Shown piece after piece: positions 26,677-55,208 of a stretch of 64,000 nucleotides of DNA. Made by a program: the position numbers and the translations under genes. The stretch lies in assembly GCF_009914755.1 (NCBI RefSeq), contig NC_060928.1; one strand, written 5' to 3'. The stretch is from the human T2T-CHM13v2.0 reference genome, Homo sapiens. The notes beneath the pieces are model-generated. The model saw only the letters and a program-made list of their open reading frames with translations, was not told the DNA's origin and ran no database searches. Each line of letters starts with the position of its first letter. The first letter of the stretch is position 1.

Positions 26677-29600
26677 GCTCCTGAAGGAAGCCCTAATTAT
26701 GGAAAGGAAAAACTGACTGGTACCAGCCACTGCAAAATCATACCAAATTGTAAAGACCATCAACACTATAAAGAAACTGCATCAACTAATGGGCAAAATA
26801 ACCAGTTAGCAGCATAATGACAGGATCAATTTCACCCATAACAATATTAGCATTAAATGTAAACATACCTCAATTAAAAGACACAGACTGCCAAATTGGA
26901 TAAAGAGTCAAGACTCATCAGTGTGCTGTATTCAGGAGAACCATCTCGTGCGCAAAGACACACATAGGCTCAAAATAAAGGGATGGGGGAACATTTACCA
27001 AGCAAATGGAAAACAAAGAAAAGCAGAGGTTGCAATACTATTCTCTGATAAAACAGAGTTTAAACCAACAAAGATCAAAAAAAGACAAAGGGCATTACAT
27101 AATGATAAAGGGATCAATGCAACAAGAAGAGCTAACTATCCTAGATATATATGCACCCAATACAGGAGCACCCAGATTCATAAAGCAAGTTCTTAGAGAT
27201 TTACAAAGAGACGTAGACTCCCACACAATAATAGTGGGAGATTTTAACACCCCACTGTCAATATTAGACAGATCAACAAGACAGAAAATTAACAATGATA
27301 TTCAGGACTTGAACTCAGCTCCAGACCAAGCACACCTAATAGACATCTACAGAACTCTCCACCCCAAATCCTCAGAATATACATTCTTCTCAGCACCACA
27401 TCGCACTTATTCTAAAATTGACCACATAATTGGAAGTAAAACAGTCTTAACAAATGCAAAAGAACAGAAATCATAACAAACAGTCTCTCAGACCACAGTG
27501 CAATCAAATTAGAACTCAGGATTAAAAACTGAAAACCATACAACTACATGGAAACTAAACAACCTGCTCCTGAATGACTACTGGGTAGATAACGAAATTA
27601 AGGCAGAAATAAATAAGTTCCTTGAAACCAGTGAGAACAAAGACACAATGTACCAGAATCTCTGGGACACAGCTAAAACAGTGTTTAGAGGGAAATTGAT
27701 AGCACTAAATGTCCACAGGAGAAAGATCTAAAATCGACACCCTGACATCACAATGAAAAGAACTAGAGAAGGAAGAGCAAACAAATTCAAAAGCTAGCAG
27801 AAGACAAGAAATAACTAAGATCAGAGGAGAACTGAAGGAGATAGAGACATGGAAAACCCTTCAAAAAATCAATGAATCCAGGAGAGGGTTTTTTGAAAAG
27901 ATTAACAAAATAGACCACTAGTCAGACGAATAAAGAAGAAAAGAGAGAAGAATCAAATAGACACAATAAAAAACGATAAATGGAATATCACCACCAATCC
28001 CACAGAAATACAAACTACCATCAGAGAATACTATAAACACCTCTACACAAATAAACTAGAAAATCTAGAAGAACTGGATAAATTCCTGGACACATACACC
28101 CTTCCAAGAATAAAAAAGAAGTTGAATCCCTGAATAGAACAATAACAAGTTCTGAAATGGAGGCAGTAATTAATAGCCTTCCAACAAAAAAAAAAGCCGA
28201 GGACCACGTGGATTCACAGCCGAATTCTACCAGATGTACAAAGAAGAGCTGGTACCATTCCTTCTGAAACTATGCCAAACAATAGAAAAAGAGGGACTCC
28301 TCCCAAACTCATTTTATGAGGCTAGCATCATCCTGATACCAAAACCTGGCAGAAACACAACAAAAAAAAAGAAAATTTCAGGCCACTATCCCTGATGAAT
28401 ATTGATGTAAAAATCCTCAATAAACTACTGGCAACCCAAATCCAGCAGCACATCAGGAAGCTTATCCACACGATCAAGTCAGCTTCATCCCTGGGATGCA
28501 AGGCTGATTCAACATATGCAAATCAATAAATGTGATTCATCACATAAAGAGGACTAAACACAAAAACCACACGATTATCTCAATAGAGGTAGAAAAGGCC
28601 TTCAATAAAATTCAACATCCTTCATGTTAAAAACTCTCAGTAAACTAGGTATTGAAGGAACACACCTCAAAATAATGAGAGTGATCTATGACAAACCCAC
28701 AGCCAATATCATACTGAATGGAAAAGCTGGAAGCATTCCCTTTGAAAACCAGCACAAGACAAGGATGTCTCTCTCACCACTCCTGTTCAATATAGTGTTG
28801 GAAGTTCTGGCCAGGGCAATTAGGCAAGAGAAAGAAATAAAGGTATTCAAATAGAAGGAGAGAAAGTCAAATTGGCTCTGTTTGCAGATGACATGATTGT
28901 ATACTTAGAAAACCCTATCGTCTCAGCCCAAAATCTCCTTAAGCTGATAAGCAACTTCACCAAACTCTCAGGATACAAAATCAATGTGCAAAAATCACAA
29001 GCATTCCTATACACCAATAATAGTCAAACAGAGAGCCAAATCATGAGTGAACTCCCATTCACAATTGCTACAAAGAGAATAAAATATCTAGGAATCCAAC
29101 TTACAAGGGAAGTGAAGGACCTCTTCAAGGATAACTACAAAGCACTGCTCAAGGAAATAAGAGAGGACACAAACAAATGGAAAAACATTCCATGCTCATG
29201 AATAGGAAGAATCAATATCATGAAAATGGCTATACTGTACAAAGTAATTTATAGATTCAATGCTATCCCCATCAAGCTACCATTGACTTTCTTTGCAGAA
29301 TTAGAAAAAAACTACTTGAAATTTCATATGGAACCAAAAAGAGCCCATATAGCCAAGACAATCCTAAGCAAAAAGAACAAAGCTGGAGGCATCATGCTAC
29401 CCAATTTCAAACTATACTGCAAGGCTACAGTAACCAAAACAGCATGGTACTGCTACCAAAGCATATATACAGACAAATGGAACAGAACAGAGCCCTCAGA
29501 AATAATACCACACATGTACAACTATCTGATCTTTGACAAACCTGACAAAACAAGAAATGGGGAAAGGATTCCCTATTTAATAAATGGTGTTGAGAAAACT

Positions 29601-30795
29601 GGCTAACCAGCTAGCCATATGTAGAAAACTGAAACTGGAACCCTTCTTTCTACCTTATACAAAAATTAACTCAAGATGGATTAAAGACTTAAAAGTAAGA
29701 CCTAACACCATAAAAACCCTAGGAGAAAACTTAGGCAATACCATTCAGGACGTAGGCATGGGCAAAGACTTCATGATTAAAACGCCAAAAGCAATGGCAA
29801 CAAAAATGACAAATGAGATCTAATTAAACTAAAGAGTTTCTGCACAGCAAAAGAAACAATCATCGAAGTGAATAGGCCACCTACAGAATGGGAGAAAATG
29901 TTTGCAATCTGTCCATCTGACAAAGGGCTAATATCCAGAATCTACAAAGAACTTAAACAAATTTACAAAAAAAAAAAATCAAAAAATGGGCAAAGGATAT
30001 GAACAGACACTTCTCAAAAGAAAAAATTTATGTGTCCAACAAATATATGAAAAAAGCTCATCATCACTGGTCATTAGAGAAGTGCAAATCAAAACCACAA
30101 TGAGATACCATCTCACACCAGTTAGAATGGTGATCATTACAAAGTCAGGAAACAACAGATGCTGGAGAGGATGTGGAGAAATAGGAATGCTTTTACATTG
30201 TTGGTTGGAGTGTAAATTAGTTCAACTATTGTGAAAGACAGTGTGGTGATTCCTCAAGGATCTGGAACCAGAAATACCATTTGACCCAGCAATCCCATTA
30301 CTGCGTATATACCCAAAAGAATATAAATCATTCTACTATAAAGACATATGCACACGTATGTTTACTGTGGCACTATTCACAATAGCAAAGACTTGGAACC
30401 AACCCAAATGCCCATCAATGAAAATGTGGCACATATACACCATGGAATACTATTTAGCCATAAAAAAAATTTTATATCCTTTGTAGAGACATGTATGAAG
30501 CTGGAATCATCATTCTCAGCAAACTAACACAAGGACAGAAAACCAAACACTGCATGTTCTCACACATAAGTGTGACTTGAACAATGAGAACATATGGACA
30601 CAAGGAGGTGAACATCACACACCGGAGCCTGTTGGGAGGTAGGGGACTAGGGAAGGGATAGCATTAGGATAAATTCCTAATGTAGATTATGGGTTGATGG
30701 GTATGGCAAACCACCATGGCACGTGTATACCTATGTAACAAACTGTACGTTCTGCATGTGTATCACAGAACTTAAAGCATAAATAATTTAAAAAA
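26677..30795 (+). mobile_element. 5'-truncated L1PA (about L1PA7-8) element C, nested in B
   Basis: Starts at the ORF1 end, has decayed ORF2 ([13 protein letters not shown] at 28872) and 3' UTR; degenerate TSD agaaa(gat)cattcatca at 26660-26676 and 30796-30809. Confidence 0.95.
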
Positions 30796-33399
30796 AGAAA
30801 CATTCATCATGAATGAGCGGGATTTATTTCTGGTATGCAAAGATGGTTCAATGCACACAAATTAATCAATGTGACACATCAACTGAATAAATGATTAAAA
30901 CATATCATTTAAATTAATGTTGAAAAGTATTTGAAAAATTTGACATCTCTCCATGATTAAAAAAAACCCTCAAAAAACTGGGGATAGAAGGAACATACCT
31001 CAACATAATAAAAACCATTTTTGAAAGACCTCCAGCTAGTATACTGAATGTGGAAAAACTAAAAATCTTTCCTTTAAGAGTTGAAACACAATAAGGATGC
31101 CCACTCTTATGACTGTTACTCGACATAGTACTAGAAGTCCTAGCTAGAGCAATTAGAAAAGAGAAAGATATTAAGATACCTAATTAAGATAATTAGAAAA
31201 GAGAAAGTAATAAATAATAAAGATACTTATTACTTTCCATTTTGGATTTATTACATCCAAAATGGAAAGTAATAAATCAAATTATGTTTGCCTGCAGATG
31301 ACATGATTTTATATCTGGAAAAACCTAAAGACTCCACAAGAAAGCTACTAGAATTGATGATTCAGTTAAGTTGCAAGATACAAAATCAACATATGAAAAC
31401 CAGCAGCATTTCTATATGCCAAGAGTAAACAATCTAAAAAAGAAATTTTTAAAAAATCCCATTTACAATAGCCACATATAATACCTAGGAATTAACTTAA
31501 CCAAAGAAGCAAAAAATCACTATAATGAAAATTATAAAACATTCATCAAAGAAATTGAATAGGAAACCACAAAATGGAAAAAGATTCCATCTTCATAGAT
31601 TGGAAGAATCAATACTGTTAAAATGTCCATACTAACCAAAGCAATCTACAGATTATGTCCATTCTACCCAAAGCAATTCTATAGATGTAATCCTTATCAA
31701 AATATCAATGACATCATTGACAAAAATAGAAAAAACAATCCTAAAGTTTACATGGGACCACTAAACACCCAGAAAACCCACAGCTATCCTAAGCAAGAAG
31801 AAGAAAACTGGAGAAATCACACTACCTCATTTCAAATTATACTATAGAGCTTTAGTATGCCAGTACCAAAATGATATGGTACTGGCATAGAAACAGATAC
31901 ATAGGCCAGTGGAACAGAATAGACAACCAAGAAATAAATTCATGCATCTACAGTGAACTAATTTTTGGCAAAGCTGCCAAGAACATATACTGGGGAAAAG
32001 ATAGTTTCTTGAATTAATTATGCTAGGAAGACTGGATATCCATATGCAAAAGAATAAAACTAAACCTCAATCTCTCCCCATATACAAAAAAACAAATCAA
32101 AATGAATTAAAGACTTAAATCTAAGACTTCAAACTATGAAACTACTACAACAAAACATTAGGGAAAATCTCCAGGGTATTGGTTTGGGCAAGAATTTCTC
32201 GAGCAATACTCCACGCAGACAACCAAAGCAAACATGGACAAATGGGATCACATCAGGTTAAAAAGCTTCTGCACAGCAAAGGATACAGTCAACAAAATGA
32301 AGAGACAACTGACAGAATGGGAGGAAATATTTGCAAACTACTCATCTGACAAGGAATTCATAACCAAAGTATATAAGGAGCACAAACAACTCTTTAGCAA
32401 AAACTCTAATCATTCAATTGAAAAATGAGCAAAAGATTTGAATAGACATCTCTCACAAGAAGATATATAAATGGTAAACAAGCATATGAAAAGGTGTTTG
32501 AAATTATTGATCATCAGATAAGTGCAAATCAAAACTACACTGAGATATCATCTCACCTGAGTTAAAATGGCTTTTATACAAAAGACAGTAACAAAGGTAG
32601 GTGAGGATGTGGAAAAAAGGCAACCCTTGTACACTGTTGATGGTAATGTAAATTAGTACAATCATTATGGAGAACAGTTTGAGGTTCCTCACAAAACTAA
32701 AAATTGAGCTACCATATGATCCAGAAATCCCACTGCTAGGTATATACCAAAAAGCAAGGAAATTAGAATATCGAAGAGATAATGGCACTCCTATGTTTAT
32801 CACAATACTGTTGACAATAGCTAAGATTTGGAAGTAACATAAGTGTCCATCAGTAGATGGATTAATAAATTAAATGTGGTACATATACACAATGGAGTAC
32901 TATTCATTCACAGAAAAGAATAAGATCTAGTCATTTGCAACAACATGAGTAGAACTGGAGATCATTATGTTAAGTGAAATAAGCCAAGCATAGAAAGACA
33001 AACACATGTTCTCACTTATTTGTGGGATCTAAAAATCAGAACAATTGAACTCATGGATATAGGGAGTAAAGGGTTGGTTACCAGTGACGGAGAAAGGGTA
33101 GTAAGGACCTGGGAGGGATATGAGGAAGGTTAATGGGTGCAAAAAAATAGAAATAATGAATAAGACCTACTATTTGATAGCACAGTAGGGTGACTATAGT
33201 CAATAATGACTACATATTTTTAAATAACTTAGAGTGAAATTGAATTGTTTGCAACACAATGGATAAATATTTGAGAGGATGGATACCCCATTCTTCTTCA
33301 TGATGTGCTTATTTCACATTGCATGCCTGTATCAAAATGTCTCATGTACCCCATAAATATATATACCTACTATGTACCCACAAATATTAAAATTTTAAA

Positions 33400-38239
<4,840 letters not shown>

Positions 38240-38240
<1 letters not shown>

Positions 38241-38840
38241 AAACACTTAACCAAAAAGCATGAAGAATAGGAGATAGATGACATGATTCTATATAAAGTT
38301 ATTGCATTATTAGTGAAGTAGCATAATATTAATTCAAGGTTGATTGTGATAAATTAATGATCTATATTGTAAATATCTATACTAACTTCTCAAAATAATC
38401 CAGAAGTAGAGCTTTTAAAAATCCAATAGAAAAATATACAGTAAAAATATACTCAATCTAAAATGGAAAGGAAATAAGGAACAAAGTGGGTAGTAAAACA
38501 ACTCAGAAGGAACAAATAGAAAACAAAATAGAAAAATGATATACTTAAACAACCATATTGAATAATTGCATTAAGTATAAACAGTTTTATTAAAATGTTG
38601 TCGAAATGAATAAAGAAACAAGACCCAATCATAAGCTGTTTACAGAAGACAAAATTTAGATGAAATGTAACAGAAAGAATAAAATTACAGAATGGAAAGA
38701 GATGTACCATGCAAACACTAATAGTGGCAGGGCATACTGTTATTATATTAGTGTCAAATGGGCTTCAAACTAAAGAAACTTACCAGATATAAAGGAGTAT
38801 TCTATGATGATAAAATGTTAATTCATCAGGAAGACCTTTA
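38240..38840 (+). mobile_element. Old L1M inter-ORF/ORF2 start (continuation of 18640-19095)
   Basis: gaataaagaaacaagacccaatcataagctgtttacagaagac is a degenerate EN-domain start. Confidence 0.7.
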
Positions 38841-39249
38841 TATGTTGATTTATTACATATATCATTTTTCTCAAAAAGTAATTTCCAGAATTCCTTTCCC
38901 CATCCTGGTTTTAAACATGATGCTTTCAACATCTAATTTTCTTTTTCATGTCTTTTTTCATTTTTAAGATGATTTTGACACATTTTATTTTTTATAGTAG
39001 TTTCCAGAGTATGTAAACCTTTTTAAATCAACTCATTAATTTAATATATAACAAAAGACACTCATAAGATTTCCTAATTTAGATATGAAAAATGTGCTGT
39101 CCCTAATTTGACTGTATTATGTCTAAAATATAAATTAGTTATCTACTTAATATACATATATAGTATACTAAGACTTTCTGTTCCTACAGTCAGCATTTTC
39201 TCTTTGGTTTTCTCCTCTTTAATGTCATAACAATAATAAATAACATTTT

Positions 39250-39984
39250 GGAGCACTCTATCAAGCACTGGGATTTACAGAATACCATAAAGCAAAAAAG
39301 TGTTGCCACTATGAGAATTTCAGAGGGAAAAGACATGGAGAGATTCATAGAAACTATATTTAATATGATAAATGCAAAAAAATCCCAAGATTTTGGAGAG
39401 ATATTAACATTTGGATCCATGAAACTCAAAGTTATCCAAACAGGCTTACCCCACAGAGGTCCTCACTGAGTCAAATTATGATCAAAATTTCAAAAGCCAA
39501 AGAAAAAGAATTTTTAAAGGAATAAGAGAAAAAACATCAAGTGACATACAAAATCCTCATGAGACCATTAGCAGATTTCTCAACAGAAACCTTGCAAGCC
39601 AGGAGAGAATGGTATAATATATTTAAATTGCTGAAAGATAAAACACCTGTCAACCAATAGTACTATACCCAGCAAAGCTGTCCTTCAGAAATGAAGGGAA
39701 AATAGTCTTTCCCAGACAAGCTGAAGCTAAGGTAATTAATTATTATTAGACAAGCCAAATGAAAAATGCTTAAGGGAGTGATTCAACCAGAAGCAAAAGG
39801 GTGATAATTACCATTATGAAAACATGAAACTGGTAGAGGCAAATTTGTAATCAAACTCAGAATACTCCAATACTGTAATGATAGTATGTAAATCTTTCAA
39901 ATCTCTAGTGTGAAGTTTAAAAGTCAAAATAGTCAAAAGTGAACATAGCTACAATAAGTCACTAAGGAATATACAATATACCCT

Positions 39985-39985
<1 letters not shown>
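39250..39985 (+). mobile_element. L1M ORF1 fragment
   Basis: gcagatttctcaacagaaaccttgcaagccaggagagaatgg and tactatacccagcaaagctgtccttcag ORF1 motifs. Confidence 0.8.
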
Positions 39986-41320
<1,335 letters not shown>

Positions 41321-41356
41321 TTTTATTTCCCTGCTTGAAATTTGTTGGATTTGGAT

Positions 41357-41514
41357 TTTTTGTTTGTTTTTTAATTTTACTTTAAGTTCTGGGATACATG
41401 TGCTGAACATGCAGGTTTGTTACATAGGTATACATGTACCATGGTGGCTTGCTGTGCCTACCAACCCATCATCTAGGTTTTAAGCCCTGCATGCATTAGG
41501 TATTTGTCCTAATG
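41357..41514 (-). mobile_element. Short L1PA (about PA8) 3' end
   Basis: ttttactttaagttctgggatacatgtgctgaacatgcaggtttgttac...catctaggttttaagccc; short TSD tggattt. Confidence 0.9.
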
Positions 41515-41519
41515 GATTT

Positions 41520-42290
41520 GTTGAATGATACTGCTATCATTCATCATTTATGTAAAATTCTCAGCAATAATATCTTCAAATATTTCCTTTTTGTCATTCT
41601 CTTTCTTCTCATACTGAAACTTCAGCTAAATACATAGACATACACATATGTTTGGCTTTTTATGTTTATTATTCTCTCTATATTTTGACCTATTTTTATA
41701 TTTTCCACCTCTGCCTTTCTGGGGGGCTTCTTAGATAATTATTTTCCATTGTTTATTTTCTAGTTTACTGATTCTTATTTCAGATGTGCGTAATATGCTG
41801 CTTTGTGGCTTTTCAAATTTGTTCAGATTTTATTTTACTTATTGAAATATATTAATGTACATTTATATGGTGTCCTATAATTTCAAAATGTGAGGTTTGA
41901 GTATCTGTTTTCTCTCTCACATAGGATAGTTTACTTCCTTGTGTTTAGTAATTTTTTTAAATTATAAACTGCTCTGTTACCTTGGAACTTTATATATGCA
42001 AATGTGTTGATGCCTGGTTTGAAAGTAGGTTATTCCAGAAATAATTTGTCTTTGCTCTATTCAGTCATCTAGAGGCACTTTATGTTCTCCACGTGGACGC
42101 TTGGCTATCCAGATAGCATCAATTTAAGAATTTTTTTCTGCTAAATACCGAAGTTTGAAACTGGTTATTTTTTTTACAGTTTCCCAAAGAGAAAGGGGAG
42201 GCAGATTCACTTATAGTCAATAGTATACATACTCTGAGTGTGGAGTCCTTTGTGACCCCTGCTTATGTAACAGATTTTTTATTAGCCTTT
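41520..42290 (-). mobile_element. Degenerate L1ME 5'/ORF1 fragment
   Basis: aaaattctcagcaataatatcttcaaatattt...ttttctagtttactgattc motifs of reverse old L1. Confidence 0.55.
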
Positions 42291-43144
42291 GACATCATCA
42301 TCTGTCCATGGGGCTTGCTCTCTTTCCATGTATCTACAGCTAACAGCTATTACAGTGTGTACCTTCCTTCTGAGTATTAATGACTTGATAATTTGTTATT
42401 CTTTCCATCTCCCAATCCAGAATAGAAGCTCCTCTAAAGTAGGTATCATGTCTTAGGTCACCTAGCATAGTGCCTTGGACATATATTATATGCTAAATCG
42501 GTCAGTGTTAATTGTTTACTAGCAAACTAATTGACTGCTTCATTATTTATGCTCTTCATAACTCCTGCTTAATGACAACATACTGACATTTGTCCTAGAC
42601 CCTAATTCCATGACCCTATTTTATGCCTTAATCTCATTGATCTCTCTGTTTTTAGACTCTGTCAACCACTCTCACATAGAAACCCTGTTCCTCCTCACCC
42701 CTTACTACTGTAATGATTTGTTACAGGTTACCATCTCTTCTGTTGGTTTATGTGATTCTATAATATTCTAGTTATCCTCCTATGTTTCCAATTATCTATA
42801 TTCTGCCCCTTTTCCTGCTTCCTCATTCTATCTTATTCCTCCTGGGGGTTTTTGTTGTTGTTGCCACTGTGGCTGTCTCTCATGCACCCCCTCACAAACT
42901 TCAGTTATGTGGTTTGTGAAATTTGAAGATGAAAAGAGTTTGCTTGAAACCACTTAGCTAACTGGGGATTTGTTCATCTTTACATGATTCTAGTTTTATC
43001 TTTAAAAGAGAGCAATTCTGTCTGAATATTGGCCTTTGGGGGGACCTTTATGCAGATGTCAGGCCACTTAACATGGTGAAGATTTCTTTTTTATTATGTT
43101 CGAGTTGAATGCCTCCTACAAAGTAAGTAATCTGGACTAATTTT

Positions 43145-43209
43145 GTCATTCTAAAGGAGCGCATACTATGTTTTTTCGTTTTTTTGAAGACCCTTTACTG
43201 AAAAAAAAA
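43145..43209 (+). repeat. ~65-bp segment duplicated at 45082-45146
   Basis: gtcattctaaaggagcgcatactatgttttttc...tttgaagaccctttactgaaaaaa versus gtcatcctaaaggagtgttcatactatgttttttc...tttgaagaccttttactgaaaaaa. Confidence 0.9.
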
Positions 43210-43957
43210 CAGATTTGGTTTTAAAGAATTAGATTTGTTTGATCTTATTTTCTTTCCCCATAGAGCAGAGATATTTTGAAAATGTTTCACTTTGTTTTTT
43301 ACTTAGACTAGTCCCTTGTTAAAAGTGCACAATGTCTGCATGCTAAAACAAATGTGCATTTGAATGCACAATTGATTAACCAATTTTCTAATAATTAAGT
43401 TTTTAGATTTTGCATGTGCATTTGTTGCTCATTTGACCACATAATAATTAATTAGCCTTAATTATAATGGATTACACCTTCAAATCCTGCATGCATATTA
43501 TAATAGAATGACAGTATTTTACATCACTTTTCATATTTTAGTCAAACAGTAAAGGAAGTGAATTTTTAAGATGGGGGAAATTTTATATCTGTGGAAGTTG
43601 ACATTTTGATTAATGAAGTGTTACAGTTATTCTTAATGTATTTATTTGATGGTGCATTCAGCAAAATTAATTCTGATAGATGAAATGTGTTTAAAACACT
43701 GCTTACAAAATGAATGGTGTCTCTAAGCTAATAGAGTTACAAATGCACAGAAGAAAAAAAATGAAGACTTTATAAATGAGTCAAGTGAAAATAAATGCCA
43801 GATTAAAAAACAATTTACTGTGTGTGTCTAGAGAGCCAAAGGGAGCTCAACTGCAAAGAATTTGACTTACGTACAAAGTGAGCAGCTGAAATATTTAAAC
43901 TCCATCCTAATGCTCTTCAGCCATAATGGTAAAAGGCTGCATAGTTGGGCTTCTTAC

Positions 43958-43978
43958 CTGAACTTGTGATATGTAAAG
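43958..43978 (-). other. Candidate 21-nt microexon (SFTYHKFR with flanks); alternative donor at 43871 gives 108 nt
   Basis: Acceptor atttttgtttttgcctttcag| and donor CAG|gtaaga, both near consensus. Confidence 0.45.
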
Positions 43979-44204
43979 CTGAAAGGCAAAAACAAAAATT
44001 ACTTCCTAAAAGATATATCGAGTCAAGGAGTGCAGCCTTGTCACTCATTAGTGGTTACTGGGGGCTGTGGTGTAGCTTGAGAATCAGGAAAAATAGGAGC
44101 CAGAAACAATTACTTGGCTCAGACATCTAATAAGCAATGGGGATGAGTACTGCAACCTGAGGCCAGCTCCTCTGCAGGAACTTTTACCCATCTCACCTTT
44201 TGGG

Positions 44205-44533
<329 letters not shown>

Positions 44534-44729
44534 TAGGTCCATTTAAAGTGACCATCAGAGAGCAGATATTAGTCTACAATATTCTTTTAAAGGACGGCTC
44601 CCATTTCAGGTATAATACCTTGAGTCCATATTAAAAGTTCTCCCAAGATTTTCAAAATATATAAATAGCCAAGTTTTCCCTCTTGGGAAAGGTGAAATAA
44701 ATATAAATATCATTCATACAGTAAAGTAC

Positions 44730-44880
44730 ATGGCTTCAGAGAGAGCTACACGGGTATAAACTCTGATTACATCACTCACCACTTATTTGGCCCACCTATT
44801 TGGGTAAGTTAAAAAAAAACAAAAAAAAAAAACTCTCTCTGTGTCTGTTTTCTCACCTGTAAATGAAAATAAATAATTTG
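44730..44880 (+). mobile_element. MIR relic
   Basis: gggtaagtta...ctctctctgtgtctgttttctcacctgtaaatgaaaataa core. Confidence 0.65.
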
Positions 44881-45019
44881 TTTTATCTTTAATCTTACCA
44901 GAATTTAAGATCTATGAGGCAGTCATTTTGATGTTGTTGTTCATTGATGTAGCTCAGGTACTCAAAAAGGGCATAGGGAATATATGAAACACTTCAAGAT
45001 GTTCTAAATGACATATCAG

Positions 45020-46080
<1,061 letters not shown>

Positions 46081-46085
46081 GAGAA

Positions 46086-46216
46086 GATGGGTGCAGTGGC
46101 TCATGCCTATAATCCTAGCACTTTGGGAGGCCAAGGCGGGCAGATCACTTGAGCTCAGGAGTGTGAGACCAGTCTAGGCAACATGGCGAAACCTCGTCTC
46201 AAAAAAAAAAAAAAAA
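46086..46216 (+). mobile_element. Alu left monomer (FLAM-like)
   Basis: Single arm plus A-tail; TSD atta(c/t)acaaga. Confidence 0.85.
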
Positions 46217-46228
46217 CATTATACAAGA

Positions 46229-52940
<6,712 letters not shown>

Positions 52941-53559
52941 GAAATTTAAAAGAAGAAGAAAAGGACTAAAAAGCCATGATTCTAAGTGTTTACCTTGAAA
53001 AATAGAAAAAAAATTGAAAAAACCCCAGATAAGACTTTTTAAATTGAAAACAAATGTAAAATATAGAAAATCGACAATTGCCAAAGATAAAATTCATAAA
53101 AGTTAGCTTCTGGGCTTTGGTAATTTTTTTAAATTGCTGGTTTTGTGAGTGGGTTTACTTTGTGAAAAATCATTGGTCTCTGTACTATGTTTTATACACC
53201 TTTATGTGTAAAAAGTTTACTTAAAAAATAATAATTTTGAAACATGGTCAGGAATTCTTCTTTCCAAGCTGCATCTGCCGTTTGGTAACATCTTTCCAGC
53301 ACTTTGAAAGAGAGCATAATGAGATACTCAAATTCTGTCTTTGCAGATCCTCTCCTGTTTCACCATTCTTCTTCCAAGTCTCCCATAGCCTCATATCTTC
53401 ATTACCCAAGGCCAGCTTTCCTGAACTCATCCTCTAGGGACTCTGACTGAAAAATCCCTACAGCATGCCAATATGCCTCACTGCTACAGGAGTAAGACTT
53501 TCTAAGATTTGCCCATTTTTTTTCCTTCACTGAAATGTACTTATCTCATAACATTAGGC

Positions 53560-54038
<479 letters not shown>

Positions 54039-54069
54039 GTCTTTTTTCACATCATCACATCATAAAGCC

Positions 54070-54280
54070 TTTTCATTTATTCAAATATTTATAGAGCGCC
54101 TAGTATGCCAAATACTAATTTCTGTGCTGGTGATAAATCCATGAGCTCTTGGAGTTTAAGCTCTCAGTAACGACGGCAGAAAGTAAAGACTAAATTCATA
54201 CATGATTTCAGGTAATAATAAACATTATGAATAAAAATTAAGCAGGGTATAGTGATTAAACAATGACAACTGAGGTTGGA
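54070..54280 (-). mobile_element. L2 relic
   Basis: ttcatttattcaaatatttatagagcgcctagtatgccaaatact is the reverse L2 tail. Confidence 0.7.
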
Positions 54281-54437
54281 GTATAGGAATCCACAGAACA
54301 AAACTTTGGAAATTTTGCCTTAGTGTGTAACCATGTGCTAACTGAAGTAACAAAGTCCCTTTGGAGAAGGTTTGAGAAAACCTTCAACACTCTCTCTTCA
54401 ATTAGTGTGTGTGAAAAAGTACAAGGATACTTATTAC

Positions 54438-54480
54438 CTGATCTTGAAGACCAGTGCTATTGATAGGGACTTCTGGCCAG
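54438..54480 (-). other. Candidate exon, 43 nt (TGQKSLSIALVFKI)
   Basis: ccttctctcctag| acceptor and CAG|gtaata donor. Confidence 0.4.
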
Positions 54481-54559
54481 CTAGGAGAGAAGGTAGTGTT
54501 GTGCAAGGCGTTCAAGAGACTCGGGGCCCCTACAATTATACTTTGTAAATGGAACTTAC

Positions 54560-54589
54560 TCAATGCACTCCTAAGGCAATTGCCCCTTC
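54560..54589 (-). other. Candidate exon, 30 nt (RRGNCLRSAL)
   Basis: cttctccaattttctag| acceptor and TGA|gtaagt donor; 79-nt intron to the next candidate exon. Confidence 0.35.
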
Positions 54590-55208
54590 CTAGAAAATTG
54601 GAGAAGTGTAATGGTTGCGCAGTTTCCTGAACACACAGATCTCAGCTGCTTAATTTATTTTACAGTGTTTTTTATTAGCCTATAGTTGACTAGTATAATT
54701 TTTCCTTTCTACAGACATGGAAACTGGATTTCCAGGTTTCATGCTGTTCCTCACATAATAAATCAGGTCAATCTATGAATTCTTTTTTTCACTATTTCAC
54801 AATACCTATTTGATATCTACTGTCTGTGTAGCTCTGTCTCAGGTATGCAAAAATAAATGTGACCCAGAGGAACTTACGAGCATATTATAGTCGGAAGGTC
54901 AGGTACTTTCCCTTTGTGTTTCCCAGCCTCTGTCTTAAGAAATCAGTAAATGCCTCACAAACAGATGTAATTCATTTGTTTATGACTTTCCCAGGCCACA
55001 CAGAACACAATAAACAGAGTATATGCCTGAGATATATTTAGAGTCTTCACCCAAGAAGGCTTTGGATGGTTTTTAAATACTGAGGGTAATGATAAATACA
55101 ATACTCTTTTGCCAATCAATAGAAGTACGATATTACAAAAACAGAACTTCTCCTTATTCTTCTCACTGGGAAGGATTTGCTCAGCAGCATAGCTTTTAAC
55201 ACTCTTAC

